Under the pieces are notes generated by a model that did not search any database, was not told the origin of the DNA, and worked only from the letters and a program-made list of their open reading frames with translations. DNA of 64,000 nucleotides from IMG/VR virus record IMGVR_UViG_3300046786_000293, positions 192,001 through 256,000 of that record; one strand, written 5' to 3'. Each line of letters opens with the position of its first letter. The stretch's first letter is position 1. Origin of the DNA: a virus (taxonomy: Duplodnaviria > Caudoviricetes). This document shows, piece by piece, positions 17,225 to 29,000 of this stretch. The translations under genes were made by a program, and so were the position numbers.

Positions 17225-20037
17225 TGGCAGATCCGATAGCAATTCTAGAAGCAAGAGATGTTCAGAGTTCGTCTACTAGAACTATTGCTGAGCAAGATCC
17301 GTTTAGCACTACTCTTCCTATGTCAGCACAAGATCCTTTTGCGTTTGATGCTAATACGCCTTACAATAGGGCACTGTTAACTAGTGTAAATCCTATAAGC
17401 AATGATTTTTCTACTGCTCAACAAAATTATAGACCCAATCCATTAGATGACTACGAATCCTACACCTATGCATTAAGCCTACATGCAGTTAGTGTTGCCC
17501 AATTCAATCAGATTATTAATAATCCTGAAAGAAGTTATATACCGCAAAATGTATTAGTGGCTAGTGCTGGTAGATATAACGTAAACTTTAAACGTAATCC
17601 TAACTTCACTGAAGACTTTTATTTTGATGATTTTAGAATGAATACCGTGGTTAATACCACAGTCAGAAGTAGAAACAGCAACGTAATTGAAATGTCTTTT
17701 ACTTTAGTAGAACCAAATGGATTTACATTCATTAATAGATTAATGGACGCACTATACGATCCTGCAGGTCCTGCGGCTAAAAACTATTTGGCGCATCCTT
17801 ATATTTTACAAATTGACTTTTATGGATATAAGGACGGGGCAATACAAGAATCGCCCATTAGGAATATGACAAAAGTTATTCCTATTCGTCTTACTGGTTT
17901 AAAATCTAAGGTTACACATAAAGGTACAGAATATAGAATTGATGCGGTACCTTTTAACCATCAAGCATTTAATCAAATGTACAACGCTAGTCCTGCGGAT
18001 TTTCAAGTTAAAGCAAAAACAGTTCAAGACGTCTTTGGTACTGGTGGGCTTATTCAAGGCACAGATCTAGTTCAAAATGCTGCCAATCAACGTAGAGAAA
18101 CTGAATTGCTTAGACGAATCAACGAAGCAGAACAAGCGGGTGCAGCAGATTTACTAGTATCATTAAGTGCAGAATATAGAGAACTTCAAGCACAAAACGT
18201 AGCCAAAGGTAGTAATCTTTTCCAAGTAAGCGGGTTTACGGATGCAATTAATACATGGTATCAAAATTTAAAAGAACGTAAACAAATTACAGAAGTAAAC
18301 AAATACTATGTGGTATTTGATTCTGACATTGGAGAAACTAATTTATATCCTGATAATGCCGGACCTCTGACAGAAGCACAGTTAGCCGGAGCATCGAACT
18401 CTGTCAAAGATCAAAAAGCTGTCACAAGACAAGCCGGTGGATTTGCATCAGGTAAATTATATTTTAATGCAGGTGCGCTTAACATACCTGCAGGCACACA
18501 GATAACAAAATTAATCGACTTTGCTGTAAGAAATAGTGATTTCGTTAGACAACAACTTAACGATAGCACACTTAATCCATTAACAGTAACAGAACAACAA
18601 TTGAGCGGACTCCGAAGACCTTTAAAATGGTTTAAGATTGTGCCTAAAGTTACAATTAATTCATACGATCAAAAGAACGAACGTTATGCAGTGACTGTTA
18701 CATATTATGTAAAAACATTTTATATTAATTCAAAATTTCCTTATGCACCACAAGGTCGCATACCTGGTTATGTAAAAAGGTATGATTATATTTTTACTGG
18801 TAAAAATAATAGTGTAATCGATGTTCAACTTGACTTTGATATGTTGTACTATGTGCAATTAGTGTCGGATAGAAATAAACAACGATTGAATGAAACTGCA
18901 CCTGCATTGCAAAATGCTCAGTTGCGATCAGAAAATGATAATAATCCAGGAACAACTAGTGATAAACCACCGGGCCAAGATAGTATTACTGTAAGTAGCC
19001 CGGTGCAACCCATTGCAAGGCATTATGTTTCCAATGATGCTACTATGGCCAAAAGAGGCGGTGGAGCGGCCGCCGCAGCAGTCGATGGAGCTGGCATTCA
19101 AAAAAGTCTTAATGCAAATGCTCGCGGAGACATGATTAACATTAAAATGAAAATTATCGGCGATCCTGAGTTAATTAAACAAGACGATATATTTTTAAAT
19201 CAAGACATAACATCATTCACACCAGGTTCAATTAGTCCAACTACAAACAGTTTATATATGGATGGCGGTGAACTATATGTGTTTGTAAATTTTCAAAGTC
19301 CGGTTGACTATGATGAATCTACTGGACTAGCAATACCTGGCTACAACAAATATTCATACAGTCAGTTTAATGGAATTTATAAAATCATTACTATTGAAAA
19401 CAACTTTGCTCGAGGAAAATTTGAACAGACATTAGATCTTGTTCGTTTACCTATAGACGACAATCAACGAGACTTAAATATTAATGTACAACAGCGTGTG
19501 GATTCCTATCTAAATATTGCATTAGGTCAAGCAGCCGCAGCAGGCACGCTAACTAGATTCGCAGGCCCTGCTATTTTCCAAAGAGCACTATCTTCAGCTA
19601 TTACACCGATATATAATACAGCACTGGGCGCAACAGGCGGGTCGACTGGTGGCGCATTACAGTCATTGGCTCAGCAAGTTATAAACCAAAATGCTAACAA
19701 ATTAGCTGATACAGTAATTAAAAAAGGATTAAATGCACTTCAAACACAATTTTCATCTATAAAATATGATATTTTTGGTCCTAGTGCAAAAGATTTAGCT
19801 GAAGCTAATCAAGCAGATGAGTTTTTTAATGGATCGAGTGTTGCGCCAGCAAACCCTTCTGACTTTGGTGCAGATACAGCAGGGTCAGATGTTCCATTTG
19901 GGGGATTCGACGATCCGTCATCCGTAGCAGAGGGAGTACCGGACAGTTTTTCTGCAGACATAGATGTGGCGGATTTAGGCGACTTTGGCGGCGACTTTGG
20001 CGACTTTGGCGGCGACCTTGGCGGATATTTTGGTTAA
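17224..20037 (+). CDS. baseplate hub-like tail protein with acidic low-complexity C-tail
   Basis: 937-aa ORF between the gp53-like and gp5-like genes, with IIGDP and ENNFARGKFEQTLDL hub-like motifs. Confidence 0.55.
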   Translation: MADPIAILEARDVQSSSTRTIAEQDPFSTTLPMSAQDPFAFDANTPYNRALLTSVNPISNDFSTAQQNYRPNPLDDYESYTYALSLHAVSVAQFNQIINNPERSYIPQNVLVASAGRYNVNFKRNPNFTEDFYFDDFRMNTVVNTTVRSRNSNVIEMSFTLVEPNGFTFINRLMDALYDPAGPAAKNYLAHPYILQIDFYGYKDGAIQESPIRNMTKVIPIRLTGLKSKVTHKGTEYRIDAVPFNHQAFNQMYNASPADFQVKAKTVQDVFGTGGLIQGTDLVQNAANQRRETELLRRINEAEQAGAADLLVSLSAEYRELQAQNVAKGSNLFQVSGFTDAINTWYQNLKERKQITEVNKYYVVFDSDIGETNLYPDNAGPLTEAQLAGASNSVKDQKAVTRQAGGFASGKLYFNAGALNIPAGTQITKLIDFAVRNSDFVRQQLNDSTLNPLTVTEQQLSGLRRPLKWFKIVPKVTINSYDQKNERYAVTVTYYVKTFYINSKFPYAPQGRIPGYVKRYDYIFTGKNNSVIDVQLDFDMLYYVQLVSDRNKQRLNETAPALQNAQLRSENDNNPGTTSDKPPGQDSITVSSPVQPIARHYVSNDATMAKRGGGAAAAAVDGAGIQKSLNANARGDMINIKMKIIGDPELIKQDDIFLNQDITSFTPGSISPTTNSLYMDGGELYVFVNFQSPVDYDESTGLAIPGYNKYSYSQFNGIYKIITIENNFARGKFEQTLDLVRLPIDDNQRDLNINVQQRVDSYLNIALGQAAAAGTLTRFAGPAIFQRALSSAITPIYNTALGATGGSTGGALQSLAQQVINQNANKLADTVIKKGLNALQTQFSSIKYDIFGPSAKDLAEANQADEFFNGSSVAPANPSDFGADTAGSDVPFGGFDDPSSVAEGVPDSFSADIDVADLGDFGGDFGDFGGDLGGYFG
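19978..20024 (+). repeat. short tandem repeats (GGCGACTTTGGC units) encoding GDFGGDFGDFGGDLGG
   Basis: Read directly from the sequence. Confidence 0.85.
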
Positions 20038-20048
20038 GACTTTTAATT

Positions 20049-22172
20049 ATGCAACCTTACATTGGCACAAAAAACGTTGATTTTATCAACAAACAGAACG
20101 TAGATATTCCTAATATATCAGGAATATTCAAAGGTATCGTTAAAGAAATAGATACTACAACTCGTAGTAGTAGAATTTATGTTTATATTACTGAGTTTGG
20201 TGGCAGCGCCGACGATGATTTAAACTGGAAGCTAGTAAGTTATGCCAGCCCTTTCTTAGGATATACACGTAGCCGAGATAACGGTGATAGTACATTAAAC
20301 TCCTTTGTTACCACTAAGCAGACCTACGGGTTTTACATGAGTCCGCCGGACGTAGGCAGTCAAGTGTTATGTTGCTTTCCTTCTGGAAATAGTAATGAAG
20401 GTTATTGGTTTGCTTGTGTTAATCCTAATTTAGGTAAGCACATGGTCCCAGCAATCGGTGCAGTAACATTAGATAAAATTGACGCTTACAGCATACCTGA
20501 TGAAATCAGACCTTATCTAAAAAATGGGTTACCTTACCCAGTTGGCGAATTCAATGAAAATGACAGCGCAGTATTCGACAGCAACTGGGTCAATAAACTA
20601 AGACCTTTACATATTCCTCGCACATTACAATTAATTGCCCAAGGTTTAGATCAGGATCCTAATAGAGGAGCAATTAGCAGTAGTATTCAGAGAGATCCGA
20701 TTAGTTCAGTATTTGGATTTAGTACCCCAGGACGCCCTACAACAGACCAAGACCCTGCTAACGTTCCCAATCTTAGAGAAAAATTAAGAACAAACAATTT
20801 TAATCCTGCAGATTTTATTGTTTACAATAGAATTGGTGGACATAGTTTAACATTAGACGACGGTGACTTATATAATCAAAATAATCTAGTTCAATTAAGA
20901 AGTGCGGCCGGGCATCAGATTTTATTAAATGACTCAAAAGGATTTATTTACATAAGCAATAGCACTGGGACAGCTTGGGTAGAACTAACTGGACAAGGGG
21001 ATGTACTAATCTACGGGGCAAAAGATTTTAGTGTAAGAGCGCAAGGTAATATTATGATGCATAGTGATCATGACATTACATTAAATGCTCAGAACAATGT
21101 AAACATAAAAGCAGGAGCAAGTGTCAAAATGCAAGGACTAGTGGTCCAAGCAAATGCAGATAGAGTATTAAATTTGTACGGCCAGCAAACACAAGTCAAA
21201 GGTGCTAGCGGTTTATCTCTACGTGCAGGGGGTACAGCCAGCCTAGTGGGATCTAGCGTCGCTATAGTGGGTAGTCCAATTAATTTAAATAGCGGCGGAA
21301 GTGGAGGCCAAATTAACCCTCCTAATAGACTGCCAGAATATCTATTGCCAGATACATTTGATACTGGTACCGGATATGCAGTATTCACTAATAGTTTAAG
21401 TTCTGCAGCCTATAAAGTACCCACACATGAACCTTATATAAGAGGAAGTGTGGCAGAAGTGGTTGCTCGACAACAACAGTTAGCACAAGAAAATTCTAAT
21501 ACTGAAACTAGTGTATCGGGCGAAGGTATTTTCCCTCCCGCAGTAATAAATCAAGTGGGCGCAGATCAAGCAGATCAAGAAGCAGTTAATAATCCAGCAC
21601 CTCCCGGTGCGTTTATTAAACAGCCAGATCCCGGGCAAAATTTGGGTACATTAGATAAAGATCAATTACAGGCTTATTTGGCACAAGTAGGTTACAGTCA
21701 AAGTAACGGCGACTATACTGCCGTAGGCGATGACGGAGAACAAGGAAAATATAAACTTAGTGCAAGCGTACTTGCAGGTTTAGGTTACGTGCAAGAAGGC
21801 ACAACTAACAGCCAGTTATCAAATCCAAATGTTTGGACTGGTAAAGATGGAATGTTTGGATCTGAGGATTTTAGAAATTCACCGTCTATACAAGAGCAAG
21901 CAGTTTATAACTTTACAAAACAAAATTATAGTACATTACAGGCTCAGGGTCTAATTACTACAGATACTAGTCAAGAAGTCATTGCAGGTTTACTTAATGC
22001 TAGTCATGTTAGCAATCCAACAATAGCAAGTCAATGGTACCAAAACGGGCAAAATTTGTCCGACTCAACTGGTACAACGTTAAGTCAGTATTTTAATCAA
22101 GGTAGATATAGTCAAACTCAAGCACCGACTATTGCGTTTAGCAACGCCAGTAAAGGCATAGCTCAAGGGTAA
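20049..22172 (+). CDS. gp5: baseplate central spike (gp5/VgrG-like) with C-terminal lysozyme-like domain
   Basis: OB-fold motifs (SPPDVGSQVLC, GYWF), GHSLTLDDG / GHQILLNDS followed by beta-helix-like repeats, and a C-terminal GKYKL...LAGLGY domain. Confidence 0.75.
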   Translation: MQPYIGTKNVDFINKQNVDIPNISGIFKGIVKEIDTTTRSSRIYVYITEFGGSADDDLNWKLVSYASPFLGYTRSRDNGDSTLNSFVTTKQTYGFYMSPPDVGSQVLCCFPSGNSNEGYWFACVNPNLGKHMVPAIGAVTLDKIDAYSIPDEIRPYLKNGLPYPVGEFNENDSAVFDSNWVNKLRPLHIPRTLQLIAQGLDQDPNRGAISSSIQRDPISSVFGFSTPGRPTTDQDPANVPNLREKLRTNNFNPADFIVYNRIGGHSLTLDDGDLYNQNNLVQLRSAAGHQILLNDSKGFIYISNSTGTAWVELTGQGDVLIYGAKDFSVRAQGNIMMHSDHDITLNAQNNVNIKAGASVKMQGLVVQANADRVLNLYGQQTQVKGASGLSLRAGGTASLVGSSVAIVGSPINLNSGGSGGQINPPNRLPEYLLPDTFDTGTGYAVFTNSLSSAAYKVPTHEPYIRGSVAEVVARQQQLAQENSNTETSVSGEGIFPPAVINQVGADQADQEAVNNPAPPGAFIKQPDPGQNLGTLDKDQLQAYLAQVGYSQSNGDYTAVGDDGEQGKYKLSASVLAGLGYVQEGTTNSQLSNPNVWTGKDGMFGSEDFRNSPSIQEQAVYNFTKQNYSTLQAQGLITTDTSQEVIAGLLNASHVSNPTIASQWYQNGQNLSDSTGTTLSQYFNQGRYSQTQAPTIAFSNASKGIAQG

Positions 22173-22179
22173 ATACAGT

Positions 22180-22557
22180 ATGAGTATATATAAAGGATTC
22201 AGCACATATAACCGAAGCAAGAAGTTTCGTCTAACTGATTTCGAGTTAGTAAAACAGGATTTAGTTAATCATTTTAATATTCGAAAAGGTGAGAAATTAA
22301 TGAATCCTGACTTCGGCACAGTTATTTGGGATACATTGTTTAACCCATTGGATCAAGATACAGTTAACATAATCCAGCAAGATGTTAGAAGAATTGTGGC
22401 CTACGACCCTAGGTTAGCAGCCAATAATGTACTAGTTACCCAATACGATCAAGGTATACAAATCCAATTGGATTTAACGTATATTCCTGACAATCAAACA
22501 GGCACTTTACAGTTCAGATTTGATCAACAAAGTCGTACAACACAAGCATTGTTATAA
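22180..22557 (+). CDS. gp25: baseplate wedge subunit gp25-like (sheath initiator)
   Basis: KQDL.NHFNIRKGEKLMNPDFG...YDPR motif. Confidence 0.9.
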   Translation: MSIYKGFSTYNRSKKFRLTDFELVKQDLVNHFNIRKGEKLMNPDFGTVIWDTLFNPLDQDTVNIIQQDVRRIVAYDPRLAANNVLVTQYDQGIQIQLDLTYIPDNQTGTLQFRFDQQSRTTQALL

Positions 22558-22572
22558 TACCATATTTTGTTT

Positions 22573-22593
22573 TCGATAAATATCTAAAACAGG
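22573..22593 (+). promoter_or_regulatory. late promoter (second copy of the 21-nt block)
   Basis: Identical to 15974-15994, upstream of the gp6-like gene. Confidence 0.7.
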
Positions 22594-22599
22594 AAAAGT

Positions 22600-25500
22600 A
22601 TGGCTACTACAACCAGACAAAATAGTCTTTTAGTAAATCAAGACTGGACAAAGATCTACGAAAGTTTCCGTAACGCGGATTTCCAAAGTTACGATTTTCA
22701 AACACTACGCAAGACAATGATAGATTACTTGCGTTTGTATTACCCTGAAGATTTCAACGATTTTGTTGAGTCTAGTGAGTACATTGCTCTAATAGATTTA
22801 ATTGCTTTCTTAGGACAAAGTTTAGCCTTTCGTACGGACTTAAACGCTCGTGAGAACTTCATTGATACTGCAGAACGTCGCGATAGTGTACTTAAATTAG
22901 CTAGACTTGTTAGTTATGTTCCTAAGCGCAACCAAACAGCCAACGGCTATTTAAAGTTTGACAGTGTTCAAACTACTGAAAATCTAGTAGACAGTAACGG
23001 ATTGAATCTAACAAATTTAATTGTTAAGTGGAATGACAGTACCAATGCTAATTGGTACGAGCAATTCGTTACAATATTAAATGCAGCCCTGCCTACAAAT
23101 CAAGTAGTTGGCAAACCTAGTCATAGTCAAACTATTGGCGGTGTTTACAATGCTGAATATAGTTTGAATATTACTCCCGGTAGTATGCCTATTTTTGGTT
23201 TTAATGCCCAAATTGAAAATGCTACATTACCATTTGAAATTGTAAGTCCTACTAGCACAGGTCAGGCCTACATTTATGAAGCTGATCCAGCCCCGGGCCG
23301 CCCATTAAATATTTTATATCGTAACGATAATTTAGGTAATGCTAGCAATAACACAGGTTTCTTCTTTTATTTTAAACAAGGAACATTAACTAGTTTTACT
23401 TTTAATGTTGCAGAAAGTATTCCTAATAATCTTGTTAATGTAAATTATAATAATATTAACAACACAGATGTTTGGTTATATGAATTAAATAATCTAGGAG
23501 CCGTGTCTACTATTTGGAATCAAGTGCCCAGTGTAAATGGTGTGAATGTCATTTATAATAGCAATGCGGCTAGAAAGAGTTATCAAGTTACTACAAGAGA
23601 TAACGATCAAGTTAATTTAGTGTTCGGTGATGGGACATTCGCCGCAATACCAAACGGTAATTTTAGAACTTATTTTAGAGTTAGCAACGGTTTAAGTTAT
23701 AAAATTACACCAGATGAAATTCAAAATATCAGTATTGTTATTCCTTATTTGAGCAGATCTGGTAGATTAGAAAATATGACCATTGTGGCTAGTTTAAAAT
23801 ACACAGTGGCTAATGCTATTGCTCGAGAAACTCTTGCTGAAATTAGAACTAAAGCTCCGCAATTATACTATACACAGAACCGTATGGTAACCGGGGAAGA
23901 CTATAATAGTTTCCCTTATGCATATTTTAATAGTATTAGTAAAGTAAAGGCAGTGAATAGAACTAGTTCGGGGGTCAGTCGATTCTTAGACGTTGTAGAT
24001 ACTACCGGACGGTATAGCAGTACTAATATCTTTGCAGACGACGGATTACTTTATAAAGAGGTAGATACAACTAGTTTTAATTTTACTTGGAATACAACAG
24101 GCGATATTAATCGTATTATTGAAAATGAAATTTTACCTTATATCCAAAGTAAAACATTACAACATTTTTATTATGAGTACTTTGATAGGTTCTCACTGAC
24201 CGACTTATATTGGAGTCGCAGTACTGTTGGTAGCGGTAGTAGTACAGGTTATTTTGTCGATAGCGGCGGAACTGCTCAACAAGTAGGAAAAGATGTTGTT
24301 GGAAACAATGCCTACATTACACAAGGTAGTATTGTAATTTTTAGTCCGGGTAGCGGAAATTACTTTAATAGTGAAAATGCTATAACTCCCCTTCCTGCAT
24401 CAGGGCAGTTACCTCCTAACGGACAAAGTTTATTATATGTAACAGTTAATCAATTGGTTGGGAACGGTAGTCAAGGAAATCTTTCTAACGGAAATGGCCC
24501 AGTTAGCTTAAGTGAAAACGTGCCACCGGATGCAATTGCTATTACAGTCATACCTGCATTTAGTAATTCTTTTACCACAGAATTTATTACTAAACTAATT
24601 GCATTAATTAGTAGTTATAGCGAATTTGGTATTCGTTACGACCAAACAGTTCAAGATTGGGATATTATTACAGCACAGAATTTGGATTTAACTGACCCGT
24701 TTAGTCAAACTAATCAAGGTGATGCTACTGGTAATAACTTGGACTCTAGTTGGTTATTATCATTTACTGTAAACGGTCCTACTTATACAGTACAGATTAG
24801 AGGTTTAAGTTATATCTTTGAAAGCGTGAGCGAAACAAAATTTTATTTTGACAACAGCGTTAAGATATTTGATCCTACAACAGGATTAACTATTAACGAT
24901 TTTGTTAATGTATTAAAAGTGAACGGTAATCCAGATACAGGATATCCTTTGTCAACAAACGTTCTATGGTTCGTATACAATCAAATTGCTGAGTCCGACG
25001 GATATGTAGATCAAAGTAAAGTATTAGTAACTTATAGCGACTTTAATGATGATGGGATACCCGATAATCCCGACATCTTTAATACAGTAGTTGACCCTAC
25101 TACAAATCCATTGGAAAAATTGGTATTTTTTATAAAAACTTATGGGTATGATAGTTTTGTTACCTATGATCCATTGCCTAGCGGATCAGTTGACGTAGAC
25201 TTTGCAACATACAATGATATTCTTCCATATGTAAACAATTACGCCGACGGTCAAATATTTTATACAACTACAGAAACAAATTTCTATGTTCTAAGTGTAG
25301 TAGGAGATTCTCGTACATTAACATTAAGTTACGATTATCTAGTTAGAACTGGACGTCAGGATTTATATTTTCAATACAGACATAATGCACCTGGAAGTCG
25401 ACGATTGGATCCAAGTCCAAACAATCTAATAGACATGTATATCCTTACTAAAGAATATGAGTCTAGTTACAGAGCTTGGGCATTAGATACAACAGGGACT

Positions 25501-26004
25501 ATCACAGAACCAAGTCGTCCTAGCAGCGAAACACTACGACTACAGTATTCTGAATTAGAAAATTATAAATCGGTCAGCGACGCAATTGTATATAACAGTG
25601 CAAAATTTAAACCGTTGTTTGGTAATAAAGCCGAGACTGCATTACAAGCAACATTTAAAGTTATTAAAAATAGCAATGTAAACTTAAGCGATAGTGAAAT
25701 TCGTAGTCAAGTGTTGGCTTATATTAATAGCTATTTCTCTACAACCAATTGGGATTTTGGAGAAACATTCTACTTCACTGAATTGGCAACGTATATTCAG
25801 CAAGGGCTAGCTCCTTCTATTAGCAGTATAATTATTGTGCCCAATAGTTCGAGCCAAGTATACGGATCGCTACAGCAAATTAGCAGCGAACCAGATGAAA
25901 TTTTAATTAGTGTAGCTACAGTAGAAAATATTGAAATTATTAGCGCAATTACTGCCGCACAATTAAACCTTCAAAATTTATCGGTAAATACTATTATTAA
26001 CTAA
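22600..26004 (+). CDS. gp6: baseplate wedge protein gp6-like
   Basis: FQSYDF..LR..MIDYLR..YPEDFND, ENFIDTAERRDSV, VFGDG.F and QNRMVT..DY motifs. Confidence 0.88.
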   Translation: MATTTRQNSLLVNQDWTKIYESFRNADFQSYDFQTLRKTMIDYLRLYYPEDFNDFVESSEYIALIDLIAFLGQSLAFRTDLNARENFIDTAERRDSVLKLARLVSYVPKRNQTANGYLKFDSVQTTENLVDSNGLNLTNLIVKWNDSTNANWYEQFVTILNAALPTNQVVGKPSHSQTIGGVYNAEYSLNITPGSMPIFGFNAQIENATLPFEIVSPTSTGQAYIYEADPAPGRPLNILYRNDNLGNASNNTGFFFYFKQGTLTSFTFNVAESIPNNLVNVNYNNINNTDVWLYELNNLGAVSTIWNQVPSVNGVNVIYNSNAARKSYQVTTRDNDQVNLVFGDGTFAAIPNGNFRTYFRVSNGLSYKITPDEIQNISIVIPYLSRSGRLENMTIVASLKYTVANAIARETLAEIRTKAPQLYYTQNRMVTGEDYNSFPYAYFNSISKVKAVNRTSSGVSRFLDVVDTTGRYSSTNIFADDGLLYKEVDTTSFNFTWNTTGDINRIIENEILPYIQSKTLQHFYYEYFDRFSLTDLYWSRSTVGSGSSTGYFVDSGGTAQQVGKDVVGNNAYITQGSIVIFSPGSGNYFNSENAITPLPASGQLPPNGQSLLYVTVNQLVGNGSQGNLSNGNGPVSLSENVPPDAIAITVIPAFSNSFTTEFITKLIALISSYSEFGIRYDQTVQDWDIITAQNLDLTDPFSQTNQGDATGNNLDSSWLLSFTVNGPTYTVQIRGLSYIFESVSETKFYFDNSVKIFDPTTGLTINDFVNVLKVNGNPDTGYPLSTNVLWFVYNQIAESDGYVDQSKVLVTYSDFNDDGIPDNPDIFNTVVDPTTNPLEKLVFFIKTYGYDSFVTYDPLPSGSVDVDFATYNDILPYVNNYADGQIFYTTTETNFYVLSVVGDSRTLTLSYDYLVRTGRQDLYFQYRHNAPGSRRLDPSPNNLIDMYILTKEYESSYRAWALDTTGTITEPSRPSSETLRLQYSELENYKSVSDAIVYNSAKFKPLFGNKAETALQATFKVIKNSNVNLSDSEIRSQVLAYINSYFSTTNWDFGETFYFTELATYIQQGLAPSISSIIIVPNSSSQVYGSLQQISSEPDEILISVATVENIEIISAITAAQLNLQNLSVNTIIN

Positions 26005-26020
26005 TGATTGACTATATCTC

Positions 26021-29000
26021 ATGCCAGTAACAAAGACTCTAAGTTTTTTACCAGCGGTATTTCGCAGTGACGCTAACCAAAAATTTCTTAATGCCACATT
26101 AGATCAGTTGGTAACTGAACCTAATTTGCAGCCTATCAGTGGTTTTGTTGGTAGAAAATTTAGCCCCGGGTTTACGGGCATAGATACCTACATTAAAGAA
26201 CCTAGCGCATTAAGAGCAGACTATCAGCTAGAACCTAGTGTCATCGTAAAGGATCCGGTTACTGATGATGTAGAGTTTCATGTAACCTATCCTGAAGTTT
26301 TACAAACTGTTAATTACTTGGGCGGCAATGTTGCTAATCCAAATAATCTGTGGAGCAGTGAATACTATAGTTACAATCCTCATATTAACTATGATGCATT
26401 TATTAACTTTGGCCAGTATTACTGGTTACCTAACGGTCCCGATCCCGTCGATGTTTTTGCAAATACAGTAGACCTAGAGCGCACATTTTATGTATATCCA
26501 AACGATGGCGCTCAAGTTTACAACCTGAGCGGCTTTGGATTAATTAATAATCCTGAATTAGTATTAGCCCGCGGCGGCACATATACATTTAAACTCGACC
26601 AGCCCAACAAGCCTTTCTGGATTCAAACAGATCCAGGAACTAGTGGTAAACAACTTGTAAACATTAACTTGTCTAGTAGAGAAGTATATGGAGTTAATAA
26701 TAACGGACTAGATTTTGGGGATGTTACATTCACTGTTCCTCAAAAGTCGGATCAGGATTTTTATATTAATCTTCCGTTATTTACAACCGTTGATTTTGTT
26801 ACAACTTTAAAATATAGTCAAATTGATGGGCAGTTATTAAGTGATATTGTTGCTAATTATGGAGGTATCGACGGACAAACAGATAACCTAGACGGCAAAA
26901 CATTTATATTCGGTCAATACTACGAAAGCGATGCAGACTGGACTGTGGGAACTGGTACGGTCCCGTTAGTTGAACGATATAATGTGTGTCAAATTGTACT
27001 AACTCCAACGGGTACAGGTGACTACATTTTTAGTGTTACTACAAATTACGCAGTTCTTCCTTCGAATAACAAAGTACACATTACCACAGGTGTTGATTAC
27101 GGTAATACAGATTGGTATAAAACTATTATTAATACATTAGAGCAAATACCAGTAATTACCGCACCATTGGATGTATTATATTATCAAGACGGCGTAAATG
27201 CTAATCAAGTTGGTACTATTAGAATAGTTGAAGTTAATAACACTGAGATTAACGTTGATACAGATATTTTAGGAAAATTAAATTACATAAGTCCTAATGG
27301 AGTTACATTTACAAACGGTCTAAAGATTAAATTTGATTCCAGTGTGACACCTGCAGCATATCAAAATAATCAATACTATGTCGATGGGGTGGGAACTGGA
27401 ATTACCCTAACATTAGTTTCAAATTTAACTGTAAATTTTGCATCTGATGAAACTAATTATAATCCTACGTTGTATTACGTTGACACAGCAACGTCAGCTA
27501 TATTAAGCAGTACAAAAGATCAACTTACTATTACAACAGATAATGCTGTTACATCTAGTAATATTGCTTACGGTCAGTTTCCTAACGACAATAACCCTTA
27601 TTATATCACAGCACAAGATAAAACATACAATTATCCTTATCGGGCCGGGCAAGATACTCAAGGAGATCATACCAGTATTGTTTATAAAACTGACACTCTT
27701 GGCGTAACATATCCGGGTGTTCCTATCAACGGAGTCAATAATGGATGGTATGTACCAGGTGCCGGCGGAGTCAAATGGTATTATGATGTAAGTCAAATCA
27801 AAGTAAACGGCCAGGATGAATACGGCGGATATGCAGATGAGCAAGGTTTTTACATTTATAGAGACAGTACATTTATTACTGCTAATGCATGGGCCAATGT
27901 AACTGGGTTCGTGGACGGTACAACTTACGCATCTGGCCATAGCAAAATAATTGGCTTTGCCAAAGACGGGTATCCGATTTACGGTCCTTGGGGATATGAT
28001 GATCCTACTAGTGCTAATAGTTCTATTGTACGAATGACTAGTAGTTATAGCGTAAGTTCGAATGCAGCAGGCCGCCCAAGTTCTCAAACTGTGACTGTAA
28101 CAGCAAACGTGCTAACTGGCAATGTTATAACAGTATCTAGTACTTTCGGTCTAAATCCTGGCATGAGAATTACAACAAATGATGCAAGTATTACCAGCGG
28201 TAATTTATGGATTATTGACAACGGTCTTAAAACAGCAGTTGGCCCCGACGAATATATCTACGGCACAAATCAAATTACTTTAAATGCAAATATTCAAACA
28301 GAGCTTCCTTCTGGCCTATTTGCAGGTAGTTCATTGACCTTTGAGTTTTTGCCCGGGGCTTTTATTGAAGATTATACATATGACCAAGGGTCAGGAACAT
28401 TAGATCAGTACAACGGAAGATATTGTGTAACTCCAGATTTTCCCAACGGAACATATGCATACTTTGCCACACAAGATATAAGCGGCACACCGGTATACCC
28501 ATATTTTATTGGTAGAGCATATTATGGTAGTACAGAAATTGATACCAATACTAGTTTAACTACCCCCGATTACATTATTATTAATAGATCTAGTAGAGAC
28601 CTAAACCCATGGACACGTCGTAACCGTTGGTTCCATAAGGATGTTATCGGGGCCACCGCCATTTATAATAATACTGTAGCGGTGTTTGATCAAGACTTCA
28701 GAGCCAAGCGTCCTATTATTGAATTTAATCCTAATTTTCAATTATTTGATTTTGGAAAGAATGGACTAGCACCAGTTGATTTATTTGATACTACTACCAC
28801 AGAACCCTTTTTAACTATAGAGGGTTCAATGGAAGCACAAATTGACGGAATATATGTCACTGAAGGAATGAGGTTAATCTTTTCCGCAGATCAAGATCCG
28901 GATACACGAGGGAAAATTTGGGTTGTAAATTTTGTAAATGAAACCACCACAGACCCCAATGATCCTAAAGTAATTCACTTAGAACTAGCAGCCGATGGCA

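Noticed and set aside
22180-22557. 'Lysozyme' function for the gp25-like protein
   Set aside because: The gp25 family is a structural sheath-initiation protein; the lysozyme label is a legacy annotation with no catalytic motif visible here.
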